Below, piece after piece: positions 16,552 to 26,575 of a stretch of DNA of 60,300 nucleotides. Position numbers and translations under genes: made by a program. Position 1 is the first letter of the stretch, and every line of letters starts with the position of its first letter. This DNA is from Bacteroidota bacterium (GTDB taxonomy: Bacteria; Bacteroidota; Bacteroidia; UBA7662). Location: the NCBI GenBank assembly GCA_005799065.1, contig SYHW01000069.1:1-60300 (forward strand), in the 5' to 3' direction. Under the pieces are notes generated by a model. That model ran no database searches and had not been told where the DNA came from. It saw nothing but the letters and a program-made list of their open reading frames with translations.

Positions 16552-17613
16552 TTAGGGCATAACAGGAACATTCCAGCCGTAAGGATCAGCAATCTCACCC
16601 GTACGAATCTGTTCGAGCTGCTTGCCTAGATATTGTGAAATATCCCGCTCTTGAGTCGGACGAAGTTCCATGCGAAATCCCTTGTAAGTGACACTAGAAA
16701 TGGGCGCCACCGTAGCCGCTGTACCTGTTCCAAACATATCTAAAAGCCGACCGTGGTTGTAGGCCTCAAACACTTCTTCAATAGAAATTTTGCGAACCTC
16801 AACCTTATAACCGGCATCTTTTGCCATTCGGATTACGCTATCGCGTGTGATACCCTCCAGAATTGTACCATCTGCAATGGGTGTAATTAATGTTTGATCA
16901 ATTTGGAAAAACAGGTTCATTGTACCTGATTCCTCAACATATTTCATTTCACGTCCATCGAGCCAAACGAGTTGATCAAATCCTTGTTGACGTGCCATTT
17001 TCAGAGGCATCATACCGGCAGCATAGTTACCAGCTACCTTGGCATAGCCCGTTCCCCGAGGGAAAGCCCGAACATAATCATCGCTAACTTTTACATGAAT
17101 AGCCGATTGATAATATCGGCCAACCGGACAACAAAAAATAACGAATCGATAGTTTTCTGATGGACGAATACCTACATATTCGTCGGTGGCGAACATGAAT
17201 GGACGAACATATAAGGAGAAACCCTGTGGCTTTGGAATCCAGGCCTCATCGATTCGAAGCAACTCCATCAAACCATCCATAAAAAACTCTTTACCAATAG
17301 CGGGCATACACAAACGCTCGGCCGATTTATTCATGCGCTTGTGGTTGTCTTCCGGACGAAAAACTACGGACCGGCCATTGTTTTGGCGAAATGCCTTCAA
17401 ACCCTCAAAAATAGACTGTCCATAATGCAAGGCCGAAGTGGCAGGACTCAAAGACAACGACTGGTATGGCAGGATTCTGGGATCGCACCACTTGCCATCA
17501 CGGTAATCGCACACAAACATATGATCGGCAAAAGTAGATCCGAAAGGAAGGTTGTCAAAATCAATCTGAGGCAGTCGCGACCCCTCGACACGGGTGGTAT
17601 GTAGTCCTTGCAT
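16552..17613 (-). CDS. ilvE: Branched-chain amino acid aminotransferase
   Basis: It has class IV aminotransferase features, including FADHMF, YGQSIFEGLKAF and ESGTMNLFF. The likely start is MQGLHTTRV at 17613. Confidence 0.93.
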   Translation of the reverse strand: MQGLHTTRVEGSRLPQIDFDNLPFGSTFADHMFVCDYRDGKWCDPRILPYQSLSLSPATSALHYGQSIFEGLKAFRQNNGRSVVFRPEDNHKRMNKSAERLCMPAIGKEFFMDGLMELLRIDEAWIPKPQGFSLYVRPFMFATDEYVGIRPSENYRFVIFCCPVGRYYQSAIHVKVSDDYVRAFPRGTGYAKVAGNYAAGMMPLKMARQQGFDQLVWLDGREMKYVEESGTMNLFFQIDQTLITPIADGTILEGITRDSVIRMAKDAGYKVEVRKISIEEVFEAYNHGRLLDMFGTGTAATVAPISSVTYKGFRMELRPTQERDISQYLGKQLEQIRTGEIADPYGWNVPVMP

Positions 17614-17653
17614 AGTATGGTTAAGAGCGAAAATTCGCTTGTTGAAGGTCTCA

Positions 17654-17661
17654 CAAAAATA
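17654..17661 (-). promoter_or_regulatory. Putative -7 box TATTTTTG for ilvE
   Basis: The plus strand reads CAAAAATA, which is TATTTTTG on the minus strand. It lies 40 nt upstream of the ilvE start. Confidence 0.45.
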
Positions 17662-17674
17662 CACGAAGTCCGCT

Positions 17675-17682
17675 TAATTTTG
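17675..17682 (+). promoter_or_regulatory. Putative -7 box TAATTTTG for the 17730 gene and rdgB
   Basis: A perfect TAnnTTTG lies 48 nt upstream of ATG 17730. It is divergent from the ilvE box. Confidence 0.4.
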
Positions 17683-17729
17683 ATGCAATTTCACGTCAAC
17701 AGGTGTAATATAAAATAACACAATACATA

Positions 17730-18251
17730 ATGAACAACATATCCGATTGGAACTCAATCCGATCTCATCAACTTTTTCAACGATTTTTTTTTGATGAAGT
17801 ACTTTTTTTGGCTTCTGATCCCGACCCTAGACAATTAGAAACATCGACCTCCGTCGGCGCGTATGCGCAATCATCGACCCCAGTCGATGCGCCTGCACAA
17901 TCACCAAGCTCGAACTCAACTTCGATCTTCGAAGAAAAGGTCGTCGTCTTACTTCCTGAAAGTCCTACAGAAACACAACAAGTACTACTCAACAAAATCA
18001 CAGCGGCCTGCGGATTAGCGCAAGATCAAACCAACATGCACATAGGTATCTTTGGTCAAGAAGATATCCCTCAGTTCCTTGGGGCTCGATTGATCCTATC
18101 CTTTGGCGCATTAACCAATATTGTGCCGGATCATCAAGTGCATTCTGATGGAATCAAATACATACCATGTCTTCCGCTCGGACGGCTTGAAACCGATGCA
18201 AACGCAAAAAAAATTCTGTGGAACAGCCTTAAAAGTTCGATACTGGCATGA
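17730..18251 (+). CDS. Hypothetical protein (low-complexity N-terminal half)
   Basis: 173 aa. An ATGA overlap links it to rdgB. I recognise no catalytic motif. The C-terminal end reads LGRLETDANAKKILWNSL. Confidence 0.6.
   Translation: MNNISDWNSIRSHQLFQRFFFDEVLFLASDPDPRQLETSTSVGAYAQSSTPVDAPAQSPSSNSTSIFEEKVVVLLPESPTETQQVLLNKITAACGLAQDQTNMHIGIFGQEDIPQFLGARLILSFGALTNIVPDHQVHSDGIKYIPCLPLGRLETDANAKKILWNSLKSSILA
17844..17903 (+). repeat. In-frame 30-bp tandem duplication (STSVGAYAQS / STPVDAPAQS)
   Basis: The copies occupy 17844-17873 and 17874-17903. They are diverged but clearly related. Confidence 0.75.
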
Positions 18252-18847
18252 CTAACATTTGGTTTGCATCGCACAATACCCACAAAATACAGGAGCTACA
18301 AACGCTCATTCACCCATTGGGTTGGAACATAAAGGGAATTGAGGAGGCGGGAATAATAGATGAAATTGAAGAAACTGGCCTCACTTTGCAAGAAAACGCC
18401 CTGATTAAAGCAAAATTTGCCTATGATCGACTAAATAAACCCTGCATTTCCGACGACAGCGGACTAGAAGTGTCGGCTTTGGGTGGTCGGCCTGGCGTGC
18501 ATTCGGCTCGTTTTGCTGGTCTCCCGCCTGACAGCGAAAAAAACATTAAACTTTTGCTCAGCACAATGAAGGGGCAGGAAAACCGAAAGGCCCAATTCCG
18601 CACGGTCATTTGCATGATCATAAACAACACAGCATACTATTTCGAAGGAAGCATTCAGGGTGATATTACCTCAGAAGCCCGAGGGGTAGGAGGCTTTGGA
18701 TACGATTCCATATTCATGCCCGAAGGACATCAGCAAACATTCGCTGAAATGACGATCGAACAAAAAAATAACATGAGCCACCGTTCGCGCGCAGTAGGGT
18801 GTTGGCTTGATTTTCTTAAAGAAAATGGGGGTTTTCTGAATCCTTAA
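18248..18847 (+). CDS. rdgB: Non-canonical purine NTP pyrophosphatase (dITP/XTP pyrophosphatase, HAM1/RdgB family)
   Basis: The family motifs FASHNTHKIQE, SDDSGLEVSALGGRPGV and GGFGYDSIF are present. Confidence 0.93.
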   Translation: MTNIWFASHNTHKIQELQTLIHPLGWNIKGIEEAGIIDEIEETGLTLQENALIKAKFAYDRLNKPCISDDSGLEVSALGGRPGVHSARFAGLPPDSEKNIKLLLSTMKGQENRKAQFRTVICMIINNTAYYFEGSIQGDITSEARGVGGFGYDSIFMPEGHQQTFAEMTIEQKNNMSHRSRAVGCWLDFLKENGGFLNP

Positions 18848-19304
18848 TGGATTGATTTGTATAGCCTACATCCTCCAAAGTAGCGTCGTTGTCGGCTGCT
18901 TGTGTAGCCAACTGGTCGCATCGATTATTGTGTGGATTGTCTGAATGCCCCTTTACCCAAACAAATCGAGGCGACCACAACCGAAGCAGAGGCAAAAGTT
19001 CCATCCACAAATCAGGGTTTTTGACTTTTTTAAATCCCTTCTTTACCCATCCCTTCAGCCAATTCTTATTGATGGCATCGACCACATAGCGAGAATCGGA
19101 ATAAATCCAAACCTGGTGGCCATCACCCTTCAGGGATTTCAGTCCAGCCAAAACAGCCATCAACTCCATTCTATTATTGGTTGTGTATCGGTATCCTGCC
19201 GAAAGCTCCTTGTGTGCCGCCCCACTCATGAGTACAACACCATATCCACCTCTCCCCGGGTTTCCCCGTGCTGCGCCATCCGTATAAATAAAAACCTCTG
19301 CCAT
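18816..19304 (-). CDS. rnhA: Ribonuclease HI
   Basis: The motifs IYTDGAARGNPGRGGYG, TNNRMEL, YSDSRYV and VKGHSDNPHNNRCDQLA supply the DEDD catalytic residues. Confidence 0.93.
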   Translation of the reverse strand: MAEVFIYTDGAARGNPGRGGYGVVLMSGAAHKELSAGYRYTTNNRMELMAVLAGLKSLKGDGHQVWIYSDSRYVVDAINKNWLKGWVKKGFKKVKNPDLWMELLPLLRLWSPRFVWVKGHSDNPHNNRCDQLATQAADNDATLEDVGYTNQSIKDSENPHFL

Positions 19305-19307
19305 AAA

Positions 19308-20609
19308 CTACAGGATCCCAGCAACACTAAAGGTGCTACCCGAAATCAAAATGAAATCTTCAGGATCTGCGGCCTGCTGCGCCGCTCCTAACGCTTGTGC
19401 GAGCGAAGCAAATGATGAGCCGCGCAAGCCCTCTGATTCAGCCTCGAGACGCAGCAAATCAGCGTCTAATCCACGAGGAACATCGGCTCGAGCAAAATAA
19501 TAGGAAGCATTTTTCGGCAAAAGCTTCCAGATGCGTGAGCGATCCTTATCCGAAACCATCGACCAAACAATATGCAGCTTTTGGTATTCAGAACGCCGAA
19601 CTTGCTCCATCACAGCTTTGATACCTGCCTCGTTGTGTGCCGTGTCGGCCACCACCATTGGGGAGTGCCCGAGCACCATCCACCGACCCATTAGTCCTGT
19701 ACTCTTTTGTACCTGGGCTAATCCTTCACGCACCGCATCATCAGAAATTTCCCATCCCATGCCCCGAAGAGCCTCTATGGTCGACAGTACGGTAGCCAGG
19801 TTTTTTGCCTGATAATGACCTCTAAGATCGCATAGAAGAGGATGCTCAATAATTTTCCCCAGTCGAACTACTTCCCAAAGAGTACCATCCTCATGCTCAC
19901 CGATACCATTCAAATGGAACTTGTGTGAAGCAAATTGTAGAAGTGATCGTTTTTCATTAGCCACTTGCTGAAAAACAGGGGCTGTTTCTTCCTGAAATTC
20001 ACCCACCACTATGGGTACGTCGGCCTTTATAATGCCTGCCTTTTCACGAGCAATGTCGGGTAGGGTTGGACCCAATAAATCCGCATGGTCCCAACTGATG
20101 TTGGTGATCACAGAAATGGCCGGCTGAATAATGTTTGTGGCATCGAGTCGACCTCCTAAACCTGTTTCAACCACGGCCACATCCACCATTTGATCTGCAA
20201 AATACTGATACGCCATCGCTACGGTCATTTCAAAAAATGAAGGTTCAAGTTGTTCAAGATCCTCCCGTAGTCGTCTGCTCATTTCCACAACATACTCTTT
20301 CGAAATCATTTGTCCGTTCATTCGGATCCGCTCCCGAAAATCCTTCAAGTGAGGGGAAGTGTAGAGTCCTGTTTTTCGTCCACTTGCTTGAAAAATGGAG
20401 GCCAACATATGGGATACAGAACCCTTTCCGTTTGTTCCAGCAATGTGTATAGAAACAAATTTCTTTTCCGGATGGCCTAAATGCACGGCCATAGCGCGTA
20501 TTCGATTTAAGTCGTTCCTGTAGGCCGCCGAACCGACCCGCTGAAACATCGGCAATCGATCGTATAGGTACTGCAGCGTTTGAGCGTATTCATCTTCCGT
20601 TTGATGCAT
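19308..20609 (-). CDS. folC: Bifunctional folylpolyglutamate synthase / dihydrofolate synthase
   Basis: The Mur-ligase-type P-loop HIAGTNGKGS is present, together with ETGLGGRLDATN and ISWDH. Confidence 0.92.
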   Translation of the reverse strand: MHQTEDEYAQTLQYLYDRLPMFQRVGSAAYRNDLNRIRAMAVHLGHPEKKFVSIHIAGTNGKGSVSHMLASIFQASGRKTGLYTSPHLKDFRERIRMNGQMISKEYVVEMSRRLREDLEQLEPSFFEMTVAMAYQYFADQMVDVAVVETGLGGRLDATNIIQPAISVITNISWDHADLLGPTLPDIAREKAGIIKADVPIVVGEFQEETAPVFQQVANEKRSLLQFASHKFHLNGIGEHEDGTLWEVVRLGKIIEHPLLCDLRGHYQAKNLATVLSTIEALRGMGWEISDDAVREGLAQVQKSTGLMGRWMVLGHSPMVVADTAHNEAGIKAVMEQVRRSEYQKLHIVWSMVSDKDRSRIWKLLPKNASYYFARADVPRGLDADLLRLEAESEGLRGSSFASLAQALGAAQQAADPEDFILISGSTFSVAGIL

Positions 20610-20615
20610 CTGTCA

Positions 20616-21404
20616 TCAATCCAATTCGAACCTAAACGTAATGGTACCCGATTGCAACGGGGGGGCGGTTTGGTTGTCCGTCGCACTAAACTTGAATTTA
20701 CGTGCAGACAATTTGCATTTTTCGACCAGGTCGGGGCGACTGATGGTCGATTTTTTCGTGTTGAGTTCGGCTTGCACCACTTGACCTCGCAGATTAACAG
20801 TGACATTCAACACCACCACACCTTGGAGCTGTGTATCATCGTTGGGCTTGTCCCAAAACAATAAATTTCTCCCTTGCAAAGAAAAATCCGGAGTACCTAT
20901 GAGTCCATTGTTGCGCGGATCTCCGACTTGTCCGCCCTGAGGCTTTCCATCCCGACTCCCTTTTCGACCAGCAGCTTCGTTTTGCCCGCTTTTCTCTTGT
21001 GAACGACTTCCAGGAAATAGGGCCCTCTGATCAATGGGCGTAGATTCACGTTGCTTTTGGGGATTAGGTTTTTCACTGCGCATCGATGGAGCCTCTTCCT
21101 GACTTTGGGTCACCACCCTTTGATCGGTGACATTTTGCTTTTGCGTTGTGTGCTCGGGTTTCGACAGTGAAGTCTGTTCTTTGGCCGATACCGCGCGCTC
21201 CGTTTGATTCTGGTCTGTTTTTCCCATACCATCATGCTCCCCTCCAAATTGAATGGCAATCCCTAGTTCAAGGGGTGGGGGGAAAGGTGCCTCCAGTGTA
21301 AAGCCAAGCATAATCAACAAAAACAGAACGTGAACCACCAGACTGACAACAAAACCTTTCCGCTTGCGGTTTTGATCCTCATTTTTTGCTTGTTGAATGG
21401 CCAT
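20616..21404 (-). CDS. tonB: TonB-family energy transducer
   Basis: It has an N-terminal TM anchor, a Pro/Gln/Lys-rich spacer and a C-terminal beta-rich domain. It lies directly downstream of exbB-exbD. Confidence 0.75.
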   Translation of the reverse strand: MAIQQAKNEDQNRKRKGFVVSLVVHVLFLLIMLGFTLEAPFPPPLELGIAIQFGGEHDGMGKTDQNQTERAVSAKEQTSLSKPEHTTQKQNVTDQRVVTQSQEEAPSMRSEKPNPQKQRESTPIDQRALFPGSRSQEKSGQNEAAGRKGSRDGKPQGGQVGDPRNNGLIGTPDFSLQGRNLLFWDKPNDDTQLQGVVVLNVTVNLRGQVVQAELNTKKSTISRPDLVEKCKLSARKFKFSATDNQTAPPLQSGTITFRFELD

Positions 21405-21411
21405 TTTCCAG

Positions 21412-21807
21412 TTATTCAGTTGGTTCAGTGGCTAGAATCATCTTCAGGTTGAGTCGATTGGCCATGCCCATTACGGTCACCACCTTTTCTATTGGCACCA
21501 TCTTATCGGCATTGAGTACCAAAGTTGCGCCAGGTTGGCTACCCGAAAGTTGCGATAATGCAGCTTCCAAGCCACGCTCATCTACCTTTTGGTTCCCGTA
21601 ATAGATTTGTAAAGCCCGATCGATGCTCACGGATACACTTTGAGGTGCCAGCGTCTGCCCTGTGTTTTTAGGCAAGAGTATTTTAAGCGCATTGGGAGCA
21701 ACAAGGGTGGAGGTTAACATAAAAAATATCAATAATAGGAAGACCAAATCGGTCATCGATGACATATTGAATTCGGCCTTGCGCCTGTTTTTCGACTGGA
21801 GGTTCAT
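21412..21807 (-). CDS. exbD: ExbD/TolR biopolymer transport protein
   Basis: 131 aa containing NMSSMTDLVFLLLIFFM, the conserved Asp-containing TM helix. Confidence 0.9.
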   Translation of the reverse strand: MNLQSKNRRKAEFNMSSMTDLVFLLLIFFMLTSTLVAPNALKILLPKNTGQTLAPQSVSVSIDRALQIYYGNQKVDERGLEAALSQLSGSQPGATLVLNADKMVPIEKVVTVMGMANRLNLKMILATEPTE

Positions 21808-22511
21808 GCTTGATCGGGTTCGTGAAGCAGATCCAAAAATTCAACCGAACGAATTTCGAGCTGGTTGACCACCTTCTCCATCATGGCTACCAGATAGTTG
21901 TATCCGATGTAGGCCATAATACCAATAATTAGTCCGGCGGCGGTTGTCACCATCGCTTCATAGATACCCCCCGCCAAAACAGAGGGATTGATGTTGTTAC
22001 CCGCCTGAGACATACTAAAAAAGGCCCTGATCATTCCGGTCACTGTTCCCAAAAAACCAATCATGGGGGCAACAGATGCGATGGTCGCCAAGGTCCCTAA
22101 GTTCTTCTCCAGTTGAGCCACTTCTAACTTACCCACCGTTTCTATGGACGTTTCAATGTCCTTGAGCGGTCGGCCTACCCGTTGAACACCCTTTCCGATC
22201 ATACGAGCCAGGGGGTGATCCGTACGCTGACATAGACTAAGCGCTGCATTTAAATTGCCACCTGACATAAAATCACGAACCATGTTCATAAAGCTCTGGT
22301 TGTCGCCCTGAACTTTTCGAATGGCCTGGTAACGCTCAGCGAAAATGTAGACCGCTACGAGCGATAAAACAAACAGTGGAATCATGAATACCCCACCTTT
22401 CAGTGTTAAATCGAGAAGACTTAAATCAGACGTAGCTGAAACTGCGGCCAAACTATCGACCGAAGTCACCGAAGCTCCTGTGGCCTGCAGCAGTAAAAAA
22501 TGGTTATGCAT
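21804..22511 (-). CDS. exbB: MotA/TolQ/ExbB proton-channel protein
   Basis: 235 aa. The segment APMIGFLGTVTGMIRAF is typical of the family. A 4-nt overlap links it to exbD. Confidence 0.9.
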   Translation of the reverse strand: MHNHFLLLQATGASVTSVDSLAAVSATSDLSLLDLTLKGGVFMIPLFVLSLVAVYIFAERYQAIRKVQGDNQSFMNMVRDFMSGGNLNAALSLCQRTDHPLARMIGKGVQRVGRPLKDIETSIETVGKLEVAQLEKNLGTLATIASVAPMIGFLGTVTGMIRAFFSMSQAGNNINPSVLAGGIYEAMVTTAAGLIIGIMAYIGYNYLVAMMEKVVNQLEIRSVEFLDLLHEPDQA

Positions 22512-22777
22512 GCTTATAAATAATTAAGTGGTTAACGCATTCAAAAGACAAATATTTCAAAATAGGACCGCTCCTAAGATGAAAATTTTCTGCGATAATG
22601 AGGAAAAGTTCGTTAAGATGAAACAATATCCACCGTTCCTTTCAATTTTGTCCGCATTTACCTCATAAACGAACCTAAAAAGTTACAATTTCGCTATTTT
22701 CGTGCCTTCCATTTTCGGCCTAGTCATCGTACGTTGGAGCGGGATTATGGAGTTCATTTCACCTCAAAATAGCATTC

Positions 22778-25330
22778 ATGTCGCAGGAAGAGCGGATTGT
22801 ACCGATTAACATAGACCAAGAAATGAAAACGGCCTACATCGACTATTCGATGTCGGTCATCGTTTCACGCGCCTTGCCCGATGTTCGTGATGGGCTCAAA
22901 CCCGTACACCGTCGGGTTTTGTTTGGGATGAACGAATTGGGCGTGAACGCAGGCAAACCCTACAAGAAATCGGCCCGTATCGTTGGGGAGGTTCTCGGTA
23001 AATATCACCCCCACGGCGACAGCTCTGTTTACGATACGATGGTGCGTATGGCGCAAGATTGGAGCATGCGCCATACTTTGGTTGATGGTCAGGGCAATTT
23101 TGGATCGGTAGATGGCGATTCACCTGCTGCTATGCGCTACACTGAAGCTAGGCTGACGCGTGATGCTGAAGAAATGTTGGCGGATATTGATAAAGAAACA
23201 GTCGATTTTCAACTCAATTTCGATGATTCACTGGAAGAGCCGCGGGTATTACCCGCCCGCTTTCCTAATCTACTCGTTAATGGCGCCTCCGGAATTGCCG
23301 TGGGCATGGCCACCAATATGGCGCCGCACAATCTGAGGGAAGTTGTTGATGGCTTGCAAGCCTGTATACAGAATCCTGAGATCAGCTGTGAGGATTTGCT
23401 CAACTACGTCAAAGCGCCTGATTTTCCCACCGGCGGAATTATTTATGGTTATGAAGGGGTTCGCGAAGCCTTGCTCACCGGTCGTGGACGGGTAGTTATT
23501 CGTGCAAGAGCCGTGATTGAAGCCTTGGAAAACGGTCGTGAGCGCATCATTGTTACGGAAATTCCCTACCTCGTGAACAAAGCTGATATGCTTTCACGTA
23601 CGGCGGAACTCGTAAATGAAAAGAAATTAGAAGGCATCAGTGACATTCGCGACGAATCGGATCGCGACGGCATGCGAATTGTCTATGAAATCAAACGCGA
23701 CGCCATCGCCAGTGTAGTGCTCAACCATTTGTATAAGTACACTGCTTTGCAAAGCACTTTCTCTGTAAACAATATTGCATTAGTGAAAGGAAGGCCGGAG
23801 GCACTCAACCTCCGGGATATGATGGTTCATTTTATTGAGCACCGTCATGAGGTGGTCATGCGCCGAACCCAATATGAGCTACGGGAAGCGGAGAAAAAAG
23901 CCCATATCCTTCAAGGCTACCTGATCGCGCTCGATCACTTAGATGAAGTCATTCAACTGATTCGTTCGTCTGCTACGCCAGAGGAAGCCCGCACAGGTCT
24001 CATTGAGCGATTTGACCTCTCCGAAATACAAGCAAAAGCCATTTTGGAGCTTCGCCTTCAGCGCCTCACCGGCATGGAGCGCGAAAAACTACGTAAGGAA
24101 TACGAAGAAGTGATGGCGCTCATCGCCCGTCTGCAGTCTATTTTGGGGGATAAGAGCCTCCGAATGCAGATCATTTCGGGTGAACTCAACGAAATTCGGG
24201 AGCGGTACGGCAACAACCGACGCTCCGAACTCGTTTATGCATCAGGCGATTTCCGTATGGAAGATATGATCGCTGATGAAGATGTAGTGATTACCATCTC
24301 TCATCTCGGTTATATGAAGCGCACTCCACTGACCGAATATCGGGTACAAGCGCGTGGAGGTAGGGGTGCCATCGGCGGTGCCACACGGGATGAAGACTTT
24401 ATCGAACATATTTTTGTAGCCCGCACCCACCATTATATGCTTTTGTTTACGCAGCAAGGCAAATGCTTCTGGTTGCGTTGTTATGAAATACCCGAGGGCG
24501 GAAAAAACACAAAGGGAAGAGCGGTACAGAACTTAATCTCCATTGCTCCCGACGATAAAATCAAAGCTTATTTGAGCGTTCAGGATCTGACCGACACCAC
24601 CTATTTGGAAAGCCATTTTGTGATGTTCTGTACACGCCTTGGTCAAATAAAGAAGACCAGTTTAGAAGCATACAGTCGGCCAAGAGCCAACGGCATACAT
24701 GCCATTGGCATTCAAGAGGGAGATGAACTCCTCGAGGCCCGCCTTACAACAGGCAGTTCACAGGTGATGGTGGCACTGGCCAGTGGAAGGGCTATTCGCT
24801 TCGAAGAGCAAAAAGTTCGCAGCATGGGGCGAACCGCCATGGGCGTAACGGCTATTCGCTTCGATCAATCGGATGATTGTGTGGTCGGCATGATTTGTGT
24901 AGACGATCCATCAACCACGGTTCTGGTTGTTTCTCAGGAAGGGTACGGCAAACGTACGGATATCGAAGAGTACAGAATCACCAACCGGGGCGGAAAAGGC
25001 ATTAGAACCATGAAAATCACTGAAAAAACTGGGCGTGTCGTGGGGGTTTTAGACATCATCGACAACGATCAGCTGATGATCATCAACCAAAGTGGGGTCA
25101 CCATTCGGATGCAAACAGACGAACTTCGGGTAATGGGAAGGGCCACGCAGGGTGTACGGTTGATTAAGTTAAAAGATGGAGAGAGCATAGCATCGATCAC
25201 CCGGGTCAGGGATGCCGGTGCGTTTGATGAAGATTCGTCTGAAAATTCGTCTAATGTGGAGCAGCAAGCCGTCGTTGCTCCAGAAAACAATGAAGTTGAT
25301 CACGACGATCCAATCACACCCATCGAATAA
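22778..25330 (+). CDS. gyrA: DNA gyrase subunit A
   Basis: 850 aa. The QRDR region [14 protein letters not shown] and the active-site [10 protein letters not shown] (Tyr) are present. C-terminal beta-pinwheel repeats and an acidic tail follow. Confidence 0.98.
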   Translation: MSQEERIVPINIDQEMKTAYIDYSMSVIVSRALPDVRDGLKPVHRRVLFGMNELGVNAGKPYKKSARIVGEVLGKYHPHGDSSVYDTMVRMAQDWSMRHTLVDGQGNFGSVDGDSPAAMRYTEARLTRDAEEMLADIDKETVDFQLNFDDSLEEPRVLPARFPNLLVNGASGIAVGMATNMAPHNLREVVDGLQACIQNPEISCEDLLNYVKAPDFPTGGIIYGYEGVREALLTGRGRVVIRARAVIEALENGRERIIVTEIPYLVNKADMLSRTAELVNEKKLEGISDIRDESDRDGMRIVYEIKRDAIASVVLNHLYKYTALQSTFSVNNIALVKGRPEALNLRDMMVHFIEHRHEVVMRRTQYELREAEKKAHILQGYLIALDHLDEVIQLIRSSATPEEARTGLIERFDLSEIQAKAILELRLQRLTGMEREKLRKEYEEVMALIARLQSILGDKSLRMQIISGELNEIRERYGNNRRSELVYASGDFRMEDMIADEDVVITISHLGYMKRTPLTEYRVQARGGRGAIGGATRDEDFIEHIFVARTHHYMLLFTQQGKCFWLRCYEIPEGGKNTKGRAVQNLISIAPDDKIKAYLSVQDLTDTTYLESHFVMFCTRLGQIKKTSLEAYSRPRANGIHAIGIQEGDELLEARLTTGSSQVMVALASGRAIRFEEQKVRSMGRTAMGVTAIRFDQSDDCVVGMICVDDPSTTVLVVSQEGYGKRTDIEEYRITNRGGKGIRTMKITEKTGRVVGVLDIIDNDQLMIINQSGVTIRMQTDELRVMGRATQGVRLIKLKDGESIASITRVRDAGAFDEDSSENSSNVEQQAVVAPENNEVDHDDPITPIE

Positions 25331-25403
25331 TTCATTTTACTATTTTCTAAAACCGAAACTTATTTAAGAACCTCCTCGCAACCATTCCTAAACCCATTAA
25401 AAC

Positions 25404-26549
25404 ATGAAATCCACTGTCCTGATTGCCTTGATTTCGCTGTTGACTTTCGGTCAGGTTTATGCCCAAAGTCAAAAAGTCCAAAGCGCACAGATTTATTTAA
25501 GAAGCGGTGAACTCGACCGCGCCCTGCCAGCCATCGAGGAGGCTGTTATGCATGAAAAAACCATCAATTCGGCCAAAGCTTGGTACTACAGAGGTGAGGT
25601 CTATCTGGCCATTTTTGGGACAGATAACCCTGAGATACAGAAGCTGGTGACAGCCGATCCTCTTTTGGTTGCACTGGAGAGTTACCGCAAATGCAAGTCA
25701 CTCGATACCCAAGACGATTTTGGTGCAGATATCAATAAAAAGATGCAATCAATTGTAGGAGAGCTCTACAATCGCGGGGTTGAAAACTACAACAAAAAAG
25801 AATATAAGGCCGCTATGGCAGATTTTGAGCTGGTACTCATCGATAATCCAAAAGATACCAATGTCTTGTTTAATGCTGCGTTAACCAGCGAGAAGGCCAA
25901 AGAACCCGCCAAAGCGATTCAATTTTTAGATGCATTGCTTAATCTGAACTATAAAAGCCCCCAAATTTATGTATCACTGGCCAGTAATAAGAAGGCATTG
26001 GGCGATACGGCTTCCGCACTGAACTATTTGAACGAAGGTCAAAAACAGTATCCCAACGAAGTGGCCTTGGTGATTGATGAACTGAATATCTTCTTACTAC
26101 AGGGACGTACCTTAGAGGTCATCAGTAAACTCGAAAAGGCTATAGCCCTCGATCCCAAAAATGCATCACTACACTACGCCTTGGGCATTGCCTTGGATCA
26201 AAGTGGCGATAAAACCAAAGCAGCGGTTTCTTACCAAAGTTGCATCGACATCAAACCCGAATACTTCGATGGATGGTATAACCTCGGTGCGATGTATTTC
26301 AACAGTGCTGCAGAATTGATGAATGAGGCGAACAAAATCCCCTTCAATAAACCAAAAGAGTATGACGCGGCCATAGCACTCGCCAAAGAAGCTTTCCAAA
26401 AGGCTAAACCGTATCTTGAGAAGGCCCATGAACTCGACCCAAAGGACAGCAACACCATGGTTTCTTTGCAACAATTGTATGCACAGTTAAAACTCAACGA
26501 TCTGTCGTTGGAGATGAAGAAAAAGCGTGATGCACTGGGAGGAAAATAG
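25404..26549 (+). CDS. Secreted tetratricopeptide-repeat (TPR) protein
   Basis: The signal peptide is MKSTVLIALISLLTFGQVYAQ. Multiple 34-aa TPR-like units follow, with the W/Y..G..Y....Y..A pattern. Confidence 0.8.
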   Translation: MKSTVLIALISLLTFGQVYAQSQKVQSAQIYLRSGELDRALPAIEEAVMHEKTINSAKAWYYRGEVYLAIFGTDNPEIQKLVTADPLLVALESYRKCKSLDTQDDFGADINKKMQSIVGELYNRGVENYNKKEYKAAMADFELVLIDNPKDTNVLFNAALTSEKAKEPAKAIQFLDALLNLNYKSPQIYVSLASNKKALGDTASALNYLNEGQKQYPNEVALVIDELNIFLLQGRTLEVISKLEKAIALDPKNASLHYALGIALDQSGDKTKAAVSYQSCIDIKPEYFDGWYNLGAMYFNSAAELMNEANKIPFNKPKEYDAAIALAKEAFQKAKPYLEKAHELDPKDSNTMVSLQQLYAQLKLNDLSLEMKKKRDALGGK

Positions 26550-26575
26550 AAATAACCCAAATACCCCTTGAAACG

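Noticed and set aside
18816-18847. A 32-nt convergent 3' overlap of rdgB and rnhA. A 20-nt overlap of msrA and the glycosyltransferase occurs at 35064-35083.
   Set aside because: Both overlaps involve non-conserved C-terminal tails in a very compact genome. Nothing suggests a regulatory role.
22578-22667. A 29-codon ORF (MKIFCDNEEKFVKMKQYPPFLSILSAFTS) in the exbB-gyrA intergenic region. It is flanked by a repeated TAAGATGAAA 10-mer (22575-22584 and 22614-22623).
   Set aside because: There is no supporting promoter box, homology or conservation evidence. It is short enough to occur by chance in a 266-bp AT-rich spacer.
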